Shown here: positions 1 to 6,547 of the stretch, piece by piece
Layout: every line of letters begins with the position of its first letter
Numbering within the stretch: the stretch's first letter is position 1
Origin: Candidatus Beckwithbacteria bacterium
Lineage (GTDB): Bacteria > Patescibacteriota > Microgenomatia > UBA1400 > CG1-02-47-37
Assembly (NCBI GenBank): GCA_043826085.1
Contig: JBDRQW010000046.1
Coordinates: forward strand, 1-33,070
DNA: 33,070 nucleotides
Reading direction: 5' to 3'
The notes under the pieces: generated by a model
The model's input: only the letters and a program-made list of their open reading frames with translations
Told to the model about the DNA's origin: nothing
Database searches by the model: none
Program-made: the position numbers and the translations under genes

Positions 1-1160
1 ACCACTTCAGTTTCTTTAGTCAAACACTCCCTCAAGTCAGCCAACTGTGGTTTTTTAATCCCCCTATGTTCCACCGCTCTTGATAACTGAGACAAAGCAA
101 TCACCGGCAATCTTAATTCACGAGCCAAGTTTTTTAAACCCATCGAAACTTCAGAAATTTCTTGAACCCTATTTTCCAGATTTCTACTATGGGCCAACTG
201 CAAATAATCAACTACCAGCAATCCCAAACCATGCTCAGACTGAAGCCTCCTCGCCTTGGTTCTCATCTCCATAATACTCATTCCCGGAGTGTCATCAATA
301 TACAAAGGCGCTTCGGCCAACTCTCCCATTGCATCAGATAAAGACGAAAAATCTTTTTCGTTTAATCTTCCGGTTTTTAATTTCCAAGCATCAATATCTG
401 CCTGAGATACCAACAACCTATCCACCAACTCTTCTTGACTCATCTCCAAAGAAAAATACCCAACCGGCATTTTTTTCTCGACTGCTACATGTTGAGCAAT
501 AGTTACAGCCAAAGAAGTTTTTCCCATCCCCGGTCTAGCCGCTAAAATAATCAAGTTACTTTTTTGAAACCCGGCCAAAACATTATCTATGTCTTTAAAC
601 CCACTTGAAACTCCTCGAATTCCACCTGCAGTTTTATGAAGCTCGTCTAATCTATCAAATGACTCTGCCAAAACATCTTTAATCGGTAGAAAATTTCTCT
701 CCAAAGTATCCTGGCTTAAACCAAAAATTGTTTTCTCTGCGTTATCTAAAATTTTAGTTATAGACAAAGTCTCATCAAACGAATCTTCAACCAATTTTGA
801 AGCTTGAGAAATCAACGTTCTTTTGGTATAAAATCCCTTAACAATTTTGGCGTACTTCTCTACATGTGCGCTAGTCGGCACTCGATTTACCAACTCAGTC
901 AAATAACTGGAACCGCCAACTTTTTTCAAAGCCCTGGCAGACTTTAATTTATCTGACACCGTCACCACATCAATTGGATCGCGATTTTCATACAAATCCA
1001 TCACTGCCTCAAAAATCTTTATATGCTTATCATCATAAAAATGTTTGGCCCGAAGAAAAGAAGCCACCTCAACCACTGCATCTTTATCAATCAAAACCGC
1101 TCCCAAAATTGACTGTTCGGCCTGCAAACTATGCGGCGGAACCCGCAAACTACTTGACAT
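1..1160 (-). CDS. dnaB: Replicative DNA helicase DnaB, truncated by the left window edge; the frame appears to run into an intein from nt 26 leftwards
   Basis: Absent from the ORF track because there is no stop in the window. The reverse-strand ATG at 1160-1158 gives MSSSLRVPPHSLQAEQSILGAVLID. Also seen: Walker A LIILAARPGMGKT, DDTPG, and LSQLSRAVEHRGIKKPQLADLRE followed by CLTKETEVV at the edge. Confidence 0.9.
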   Translation of the reverse strand, partial: MSSSLRVPPHSLQAEQSILGAVLIDKDAVVEVASFLRAKHFYDDKHIKIFEAVMDLYENRDPIDVVTVSDKLKSARALKKVGGSSYLTELVNRVPTSAHVEKYAKIVKGFYTKRTLISQASKLVEDSFDETLSITKILDNAEKTIFGLSQDTLERNFLPIKDVLAESFDRLDELHKTAGGIRGVSSGFKDIDNVLAGFQKSNLIILAARPGMGKTSLAVTIAQHVAVEKKMPVGYFSLEMSQEELVDRLLVSQADIDAWKLKTGRLNEKDFSSLSDAMGELAEAPLYIDDTPGMSIMEMRTKARRLQSEHGLGLLVVDYLQLAHSRNLENRVQEISEVSMGLKNLARELRLPVIALSQLSRAVEHRGIKKPQLADLRECLTKETEV

Positions 1161-1803
1161 ATCTTTCTAAAACTACTAAGGAAAGTTCTTCCGGCAGGTC
1201 CAATTTTTTAACAGTTAATTTCTTTTCTTTCTTTGGCTCCATCTGTATCTCATCAATAAATTCTTTACATGTAGCTTTATTTTTCCACAAAGAACTATGT
1301 TCTTTTGTTCTATAATGCATTGGAATCACTATCGAAGGACTAATTTGTTTAATCACTTTGACTGCCTGCTTTAAATCAATAGTATAAACTCCTCCAACCG
1401 GTATTAATAAAACATCTAAATCCCCCAATTGACTAATCGTTTTTTCACTAAGTTCATGCCCTAAATCTCCCAAGTGGCAAATCCTTAAATCTTCGGCCTG
1501 AAAAGTATAAACCACATTCTTGCCTCTATCTTTACCCTCATTGTCATCATGAAAAGTAGATATACCGGTAATAGCCACCCCCTTAATCTCATACTCACCG
1601 GGACCATTAATAATCATCGGTTCCCCCTCAACCCCATCAGAATTGTTATGATCTTTATGTTGATGAGAAATAGTCACAATATCAGCTTTAATTTTAGCCA
1701 ATTTAAAGCCTACCGACTCAAAAAAAGGATCACAGACCACTCTAGTTGACTTAAATTTTAATAAAAAACCGGAGTGTCCCAAGTAAGTGATGTCCATAAT
1801 CAC
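1150..1803 (-). CDS. MBL-fold metal-dependent hydrolase (UPF0173-like)
   Basis: 217 aa. N-terminus YLGHSGFLL and metal motif SHQHKDH (HxHxDH). The 3' end overlaps the dnaB start by 11 nt. Confidence 0.8.
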   Translation of the reverse strand: MIMDITYLGHSGFLLKFKSTRVVCDPFFESVGFKLAKIKADIVTISHQHKDHNNSDGVEGEPMIINGPGEYEIKGVAITGISTFHDDNEGKDRGKNVVYTFQAEDLRICHLGDLGHELSEKTISQLGDLDVLLIPVGGVYTIDLKQAVKVIKQISPSIVIPMHYRTKEHSSLWKNKATCKEFIDEIQMEPKKEKKLTVKKLDLPEELSLVVLERYVK

Positions 1804-1827
1804 TCATCCTAACATAATCTAACTTTC

Positions 1828-1856
1828 TTGACAATAAATTAGCCTATTGATATAGT
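1828..1856 (+). promoter_or_regulatory. Sigma70-like promoter for the 1878 gene
   Basis: TTGACA (1828-1833), 17-nt spacer, TATAGT (1851-1856), about 20 nt upstream of the ATG. Confidence 0.55.
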
Positions 1857-1877
1857 GCTGGGGCTTGATTAAATTAT

Positions 1878-2318
1878 ATGAAAAAAGAAGCATTAATAGC
1901 TATTGTTGTTGGTTTAATTTTGGGGCTGATCATTACCGTTGGTATCTATACCGCTAATCGATCGATCAATCAACTCAAAGCCAACAAAGTAGCTAAGTCA
2001 GACACCACCGCCACTCCTTTACCCCCAAACCAACCTGAGGAAAAATCTCTGGAAATAACTTCCCATGAATCTTTCGATTTAATTAATCAAAGTGAGGTTA
2101 CTTTATCAGGAATCGCCTGGTCTGATGCTGTTATTGCCCTACTGACTGAAGACCAAGAACTTCTTACCACTGCTGATCCTGACGGTATTTTTTCCTTTAA
2201 CTTTGACCTTATTAAGGGCTATAACGAAATTCAAGTCATCGCCACCGACGACACCGGAGAAACCAATTCCAAAAGTTTAATCTTAACTTATTCAACAACT
2301 AAAATTGAACTCGAATGA
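1878..2318 (+). CDS. Hypothetical membrane-anchored protein
   Basis: 146 aa with an N-terminal hydrophobic helix (LIAIVVGLILGLIITVGIY). No recognisable catalytic motif. ATGA overlap with the next ORF. Confidence 0.6.
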   Translation: MKKEALIAIVVGLILGLIITVGIYTANRSINQLKANKVAKSDTTATPLPPNQPEEKSLEITSHESFDLINQSEVTLSGIAWSDAVIALLTEDQELLTTADPDGIFSFNFDLIKGYNEIQVIATDDTGETNSKSLILTYSTTKIELE

Positions 2319-3070
2319 AAAAACTAATTATCTTAACCATTCTTTCTCTTTTAATTTTAATACCTTCTCCTCTAATTGCCAACGAGGCTTCAGAATCATC
2401 AAACTCAGAATCCCTCACCAATAAAATCAAAGAAAAGCTCCAAGAAACAGCTGAAGAAGGCTTAGACAACATCAGAAATGAAATTGTCAGCAAATCAAAA
2501 ACTCCAAAGAAAAAAGCTTTTATAGGTAACCTTAAATCAATTAATGAATCAAACCTAACCCTTGAATACAAGTCTCAGGTTTTCAAAGTCACTTTAGACG
2601 AAAATACCGATATTATTAAATCATCCGGTAGTAAAACTCTTACCATAGATGACCTTAGTATCGATGACTTTGTTATTGCCATGGGCTTTGTCTTGCCCGA
2701 TACCGACGATCTGATAGCTCACCGAATCCTCTTAATCTCTGCCCCAAAACCATCAATTTCCCGGCAATTACTAAGTGGAAAAATTAACGAAATCGACGGC
2801 AACAAAATTTCCATCGACTCGAAGTCTCTAGTCATCACCGCCAAAACCAATCTAAAAATCAAAGATGTGGAAGATCCCAAAGTAGAAGACCTGGAACTTG
2901 ATGATAATTTATTTGCCATTGTCACCTTAGACCAAAATGGAGATATCAACCTCATCAAACAAATTCTTATTTTACCCGGCAAAAACAATCCCGCTGCTCT
3001 TCAACCAACCAATGCCACCACCGCCACAGACTCTGCCACCGCCACCGATTCTGCCACCCTCGAAGAATAG
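2315..3070 (+). CDS. Hypothetical secreted protein with a C-terminal Ala/Thr-rich repeat
   Basis: 251 aa with a signal-peptide-like N-terminus (MKKLIILTILSLLILIPSPLIA). Translationally coupled to the upstream ORF. Confidence 0.6.
   Translation: MKKLIILTILSLLILIPSPLIANEASESSNSESLTNKIKEKLQETAEEGLDNIRNEIVSKSKTPKKKAFIGNLKSINESNLTLEYKSQVFKVTLDENTDIIKSSGSKTLTIDDLSIDDFVIAMGFVLPDTDDLIAHRILLISAPKPSISRQLLSGKINEIDGNKISIDSKSLVITAKTNLKIKDVEDPKVEDLELDDNLFAIVTLDQNGDINLIKQILILPGKNNPAALQPTNATTATDSATATDSATLEE
3020..3055 (+). repeat. 18-nt tandem duplication encoding TATDSA twice
   Basis: accgccacagactctgcc followed by accgccaccgattctgcc, inside the 3' end of the 2315-3070 CDS. Confidence 0.6.
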
Positions 3071-3080
3071 CTCCACCTGA

Positions 3081-3105
3081 ACCTGCAGGGTTTATCCTTG
3101 CAGGT
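3081..3105. repeat. ACCTGCAGGG-type hairpin, copy 1
   Basis: acctgcaggg-tttat-ccttgcaggt: a 10-bp stem with one G-U pair. It shares the arm sequence with the hairpin at 10049-10075 and lies 10 nt after the stop of the 2315-3070 CDS. Confidence 0.6.
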
Positions 3106-3134
3106 AAAAAACACAAATTTGTTATAATAAATAT

Positions 3135-3413
3135 ATGTCCAACAAACTTTATCAAGCAATCCTTACTTTAAAAACCGAAAAAGAAGTCACTGCCTTTCTT
3201 CGCGATCTTCTCACCTTAAAAGAAATCCATACTATCTCTAAACGCTTTCAAATGGCCATTTTGCTTTATCAAGGCCTTTCCTACGCCAAAATTGCCAAGC
3301 AACTTAAAGTTTCTACCACCACCGTTACCCGTACCGCCCACTGGCTCAAGCATGGTAAGGGTGGTTACCAAACAGTTCTCAAGCGCCTGAAAAAACACCC
3401 ACTCCCGGAGTGA
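3135..3413 (+). CDS. TrpR-related YerC/YecD-family DNA-binding protein
   Basis: 92 aa. LRDLLT..E......R......L..G.SY..I......S..TVTR pattern with C-terminal WLKHGKGGY, typical of YerC/YecD. Confidence 0.75.
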   Translation: MSNKLYQAILTLKTEKEVTAFLRDLLTLKEIHTISKRFQMAILLYQGLSYAKIAKQLKVSTTTVTRTAHWLKHGKGGYQTVLKRLKKHPLPE

Positions 3414-3436
3414 AAGAAGTTCACACTCCGGGAGTG
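3400..3436 (+). terminator. 13-bp perfect hairpin overlapping the stop codon of the YerC-like gene
   Basis: cactcccggagtg (3400-3412), 11-nt loop, cactccgggagtg (3424-3436). Each arm is itself a near-palindrome. The trailing tract ttcttcc is only a weak U-run. Confidence 0.5.
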
Positions 3437-3445
3437 TTCTTCCGC

Positions 3446-3474
3446 TTGACAAATATTTATTTTTACCTTAGAAT
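3446..3474 (+). promoter_or_regulatory. Sigma70-like promoter of the Phd/RelE pair
   Basis: TTGACA (3446-3451), 17-nt spacer, TAGAAT (3469-3474). Confidence 0.55.
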
Positions 3475-3478
3475 AACC

Positions 3479-3492
3479 TTAGATTAATCTAA
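3479..3492. promoter_or_regulatory. Candidate antitoxin operator
   Basis: Perfect 14-nt palindrome ttagattaatctaa between the -10 box and the ATG, flanked by three ACCTTAG repeats (about 3465, 3476 and 3499). Confidence 0.4.
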
Positions 3493-3511
3493 TAAATACC
3501 TTAGGAACAAT

Positions 3512-3802
3512 ATGTTAATACCCACTGACGAAAATGTTTGCAGTATCACTGATTTAAGAGAAAATACTCTTTCTCTTTTACAATCAGTTCAAAAAAAACA
3601 ATCCCCTACAATTATCATGTACAGAAATTCACCCAAAGCAATTCTGCTATCCATAAAAAAATATAACCAGTTAATGGAAATGGTAGAAGACTACTTAGAC
3701 GAAGACTTAGCTTTAGAACTTGAGCAAGAAGCCTTATCAGCAACCAAAAAAGACTATATCTCCCTTAAAGATATGGCTAAAAAACATAGCGTAAAAATCT
3801 AA
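3512..3802 (+). CDS. Type II antitoxin, Phd/YefM family
   Basis: 96 aa. SITDLRENTLSLLQSV...PTIIMYRNSPKAILLSIKKYNQL matches the Phd/YefM N-terminal pattern. Lies 2 nt upstream of the toxin ORF. Confidence 0.8.
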   Translation: MLIPTDENVCSITDLRENTLSLLQSVQKKQSPTIIMYRNSPKAILLSIKKYNQLMEMVEDYLDEDLALELEQEALSATKKDYISLKDMAKKHSVKI

Positions 3803-3804
3803 GC

Positions 3805-4071
3805 ATGTACCAAGTATTTGCCTTACATAAAGCTGATAAAAAAATTTATAAACTTCATTCCGATGACAAAAAGAAAGTCTTTAAGTTATTTACTAAGCTT
3901 AGGATTAATCCTCTCTCGGAAAATTTAAATATAAAAAAGATTAAAAATTCTAAAAAGACTTTCAGAATTAGAATTGGTAAGATTCGAATAACTTACACCA
4001 TAATTGCACAAAAAAAACAAGTGATTATTACAGACATTGGCTATCGTGGTAGCATGTATCGATTGTTTTAA
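3805..4071 (+). CDS. Type II toxin, RelE/ParE family
   Basis: 88 aa. FRIRIGKIRITYTI...VIITDIGYRGSMY is the typical RelE/ParE C-terminal signature. Confidence 0.8.
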   Translation: MYQVFALHKADKKIYKLHSDDKKKVFKLFTKLRINPLSENLNIKKIKNSKKTFRIRIGKIRITYTIIAQKKQVIITDIGYRGSMYRLF

Positions 4072-4091
4072 CACCCACTAATAACCCCTAC

Positions 4092-4119
4092 TTGACAAAT
4101 ATGTTTTTTCCTGTATATT
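4092..4119 (+). promoter_or_regulatory. Sigma70-like promoter heading the sORF/ammonia-lyase operon
   Basis: TTGACA (4092-4097), 16-nt spacer, TATATT (4114-4119). The -35 context CTTGACAAATAT is shared with the 3446 promoter. Confidence 0.55.
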
Positions 4120-4143
4120 AACGTATTAACATGCTAATATATC

Positions 4144-4166
4144 ATTTAAAGTTCCGAACTTTAAAT
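4144..4166. promoter_or_regulatory. 23-nt perfect palindrome (11+1+11) in the operon leader; candidate operator or RNA hairpin
   Basis: atttaaagttc-c-gaactttaaat, roughly +19 to +41 relative to the predicted transcription start. Confidence 0.45.
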
Positions 4167-4178
4167 ATTTATACAAAT

Positions 4179-4256
4179 ATGAACAAACAAAACAAAATAT
4201 TAAATTCTCATCACGGCCCACTTTTATGCGGGACGGGATATTTCATGTTGAAATAA
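4179..4256 (+). CDS. Candidate 25-codon sORF (leader peptide or precursor peptide)
   Basis: ATG at 4179 to TAA at 4254-4256 encodes MNKQNKILNSHHGPLLCGTGYFMLK. No clear Shine-Dalgarno. Sits between a promoter and a terminator. Too short for the supplied ORF track. Confidence 0.25.
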   Translation: MNKQNKILNSHHGPLLCGTGYFMLK

Positions 4257-4276
4257 ATTAATAAATTAAAAATATA

Positions 4277-4312
4277 ATCCCCCACCCCCCGCATTCTCTC
4301 GGGGGATTTTTT
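4277..4312 (+). terminator. Intrinsic terminator/attenuator between the sORF and the ammonia-lyase gene
   Basis: cccccg (4286-4291) pairs with cggggg (4300-4305). An alternative 7-bp stem is atccccc/gggggat. Followed by six T (4307-4312). The lyase RBS GGAG follows at 4315. Confidence 0.65.
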
Positions 4313-4326
4313 ATGGAGAAAAATAT

Positions 4327-5859
4327 ATGAATAAAAAAATCTTTAAACTGACAGGTAAGAATTTAAAACCTGAAAATGTAGTCGCACTTGGCAACAACCA
4401 GCTTAAGCTCGTTGTCCCCAAAGAAACTATTAAACGAGTTTCAGATAACTGGCAGGCAATTGCCCAAATGCTAAAGCGCGGTGACATCATGTACGGTTTA
4501 AATACTGGCATTGGTGGCTTTGGTAATGTAGTTATTTCAAAAAATAAAGCTGGAGAACTATCCACGAGAATGCTCAGAGCCCACGCTGCTGGATACGGAG
4601 ATATTGTTCAAGAAAATATTGCCAAAGCTTCATTATTCTTAAGATTAAATCTTTTTGCCATGGGTTACTCAGGTGTTAGACCTAAATTATTTAACACTTT
4701 TGTTACTATGATTAATCGCGGCGTTACTCCAATCTTTTATAATAAAGGCTCTGTTGGCACCTCGGGTGATCTTGCTCCTTTATCTCAAATGGGCTTAGTG
4801 GTTATTGGCGAAGGCCAAGCTTTTTATCAAGGCAAAATTATGTCCGGTAAAAAAGCAATGAAAAAAGCCGATATTCCTTTAGTTCCATTAACTTACCGAG
4901 AAGGGTTAGCTATTATGAATGGCACTCAATACATGAGCGCTATTGCTGCTTTTAATGTTTTTGAAGCTGAAAAATTAATTAAACAGGCAGAAATTATCTG
5001 CAGTATGTGTATTGATGTCTTAAACTGTGTTGAATCAGCCTACTCAAAACCATACAACCAAGCCAAAAAATATCAAGGCCAAAATGACTCAGCCTCTAAT
5101 ATAAGAAGCTTATTAAAAGGAAGCCAGATTTTAAAACAACCAAAGAAAAACATTCAAAATGCTTACTCACTCCGATCCGTGCCACAAGTTACTGGTAGTA
5201 TTCGTGAATGTTTAAAGTTTATTCGTCAAATGACAGAATCTGAGATCAATTCTGTGGCTGATAATCCTTTATTTTTTACCAAAGAAAAAGTTTGTCTAAC
5301 CGGAGCCAATTTTCACGGCGCACCTATTGGTTACAGTCAAGATTTACTTAAAGTCATCATCACTGATCTGGGTAATTTATTAGAACGCCAAACCAATAAT
5401 CTAATGGACCCTGCTTGCTCAGGTGATTTGCCAGCTTTTCTAGTAAAAAGTGCTGGTTTAGACTCTGGTTTAATGATTACCCAATATACTCAAGCCGCTC
5501 TCGTATCTGAAAATAAAGTTTTAGCTGGACCAAACAGTGTTGATTCAATTCCTGTTTCAGCCAATCAAGAAGATCACGTTTCTTTCGGCACTATTGCCGC
5601 CAGACAAGCTAGTGAAATTATTGAAAATACACAGGCCGTTTTAGCTATTCAACTTCTAGCTGTCTGTCAAGCTTATGAGTTTAGAAAACCGCTTAAACCC
5701 TCACCTGCTTTTCAGGCAGTTTATAAATTAGTTCGTTCTGTCAGTCCCAAAATCACCCAAGACCGAGCTTTTTATAAAGACATTGAAAAAGTAGTTCCTT
5801 TAATTAGAAATTGTCAAGTCTTACAAACTGCCGAAAAAATAGTCGGCAAACTTAAATAA
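4327..5859 (+). CDS. hutH: MIO-dependent aromatic amino-acid ammonia-lyase, histidine ammonia-lyase-like
   Basis: 510 aa. YGLNTGIGGFG, MIO loop GSVGTSGDLAPL (TSG at nt 4759-4767), LNGTQ, YSLRSVPQV, NFHGAP, SANQEDHVS. RAHAAG resembles the HAL LSHAAG motif (His retained) rather than the PAL/TAL FL/HL motifs. Length fits HAL. Confidence 0.8.
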   Translation: MNKKIFKLTGKNLKPENVVALGNNQLKLVVPKETIKRVSDNWQAIAQMLKRGDIMYGLNTGIGGFGNVVISKNKAGELSTRMLRAHAAGYGDIVQENIAKASLFLRLNLFAMGYSGVRPKLFNTFVTMINRGVTPIFYNKGSVGTSGDLAPLSQMGLVVIGEGQAFYQGKIMSGKKAMKKADIPLVPLTYREGLAIMNGTQYMSAIAAFNVFEAEKLIKQAEIICSMCIDVLNCVESAYSKPYNQAKKYQGQNDSASNIRSLLKGSQILKQPKKNIQNAYSLRSVPQVTGSIRECLKFIRQMTESEINSVADNPLFFTKEKVCLTGANFHGAPIGYSQDLLKVIITDLGNLLERQTNNLMDPACSGDLPAFLVKSAGLDSGLMITQYTQAALVSENKVLAGPNSVDSIPVSANQEDHVSFGTIAARQASEIIENTQAVLAIQLLAVCQAYEFRKPLKPSPAFQAVYKLVRSVSPKITQDRAFYKDIEKVVPLIRNCQVLQTAEKIVGKLK

Positions 5860-5865
5860 AAAAAT

Positions 5866-6507
5866 ATGATTAAAAAATATCCCAATCAAACCATTAAAAC
5901 CTTACTAACTCGTACTTGCTGTCGAGATTATACTAACCAACCTATTCCTGATCAAGATATTGATTATATTCTTAAAGCTGGCCAAGTAGCTCCTTCGGCT
6001 AAAAACCGTCAACCTTGGTTCTTTATAGTTATTAAAGATCAAGATTGTCGACAAAAAATCGCTAAATCCGCTTTTGTTGGCCGTCAACGCCAATTTGCCG
6101 GCTGGGATCAAGAAAAAGCTAAACAAATGATACAAGGAAATGCTTTTGATAATTCTAACGATGCCGTTATTGCTAAAGCTCCGGTCGCTATTCTTATTCT
6201 CAGAAACCTTAACCCCGATTATCAAGAAGCACTACCTGCTGAGCTTAATATTAAAGAGGAGCAAGGGGTCGCTAATACCACCTTTTCCATGATGTTAACA
6301 GCCCAAAGTCTAGGCCTAAACACAGTTTGGATCTGCTCCCCTCTTTATATTAAGAAAGAACTATCCCAAATACTGCCTCAATATGAAGTAGACTGGCAAA
6401 ATAATTGGCAACCACGAGCAATTATTCCCATCGGCTATCCAAAACAACCAGGCAATAAACCAACAAGAAAACCCTTACAAGAAATTAGTCTAGAAATATC
6501 GTCCTGA
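5866..6507 (+). CDS. Nitroreductase-family FMN oxidoreductase
   Basis: 213 aa. RTCCRDY....I........IL.AG..APSAKNRQPWFFIVI is the canonical nitroreductase N-terminal signature. Confidence 0.8.
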   Translation: MIKKYPNQTIKTLLTRTCCRDYTNQPIPDQDIDYILKAGQVAPSAKNRQPWFFIVIKDQDCRQKIAKSAFVGRQRQFAGWDQEKAKQMIQGNAFDNSNDAVIAKAPVAILILRNLNPDYQEALPAELNIKEEQGVANTTFSMMLTAQSLGLNTVWICSPLYIKKELSQILPQYEVDWQNNWQPRAIIPIGYPKQPGNKPTRKPLQEISLEISS

Positions 6508-6525
6508 TCCTAACCGGATCAGGAC
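6501..6525 (+). other. 10-bp perfect hairpin containing the nitroreductase stop codon
   Basis: gtcctgatcc-taacc-ggatcaggac. The TGA stop lies in the left arm. No U-run follows, so it is probably not a strong terminator. Confidence 0.5.
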
Positions 6526-6547
6526 TAAAAGAAAGTTGAAATAACTT

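Noticed and set aside
280-300. Similarity of the dnaB sequence acactccggga to the CACTCCGGGAGTG hairpin arm at 3424-3436.
   Set aside because: The 11-nt match simply encodes the universally conserved DnaB DDTPG motif, and there is no inverted partner nearby. It is a coincidence of codon choice.
80-1315. Plus-strand track ORFs 80-274 and 974-1315.
   Set aside because: Both lie antisense inside the strongly supported dnaB reading frame (Walker A, DDTPG and other motifs on the minus strand). They have low-complexity, motif-free translations, so they are shadow ORFs.
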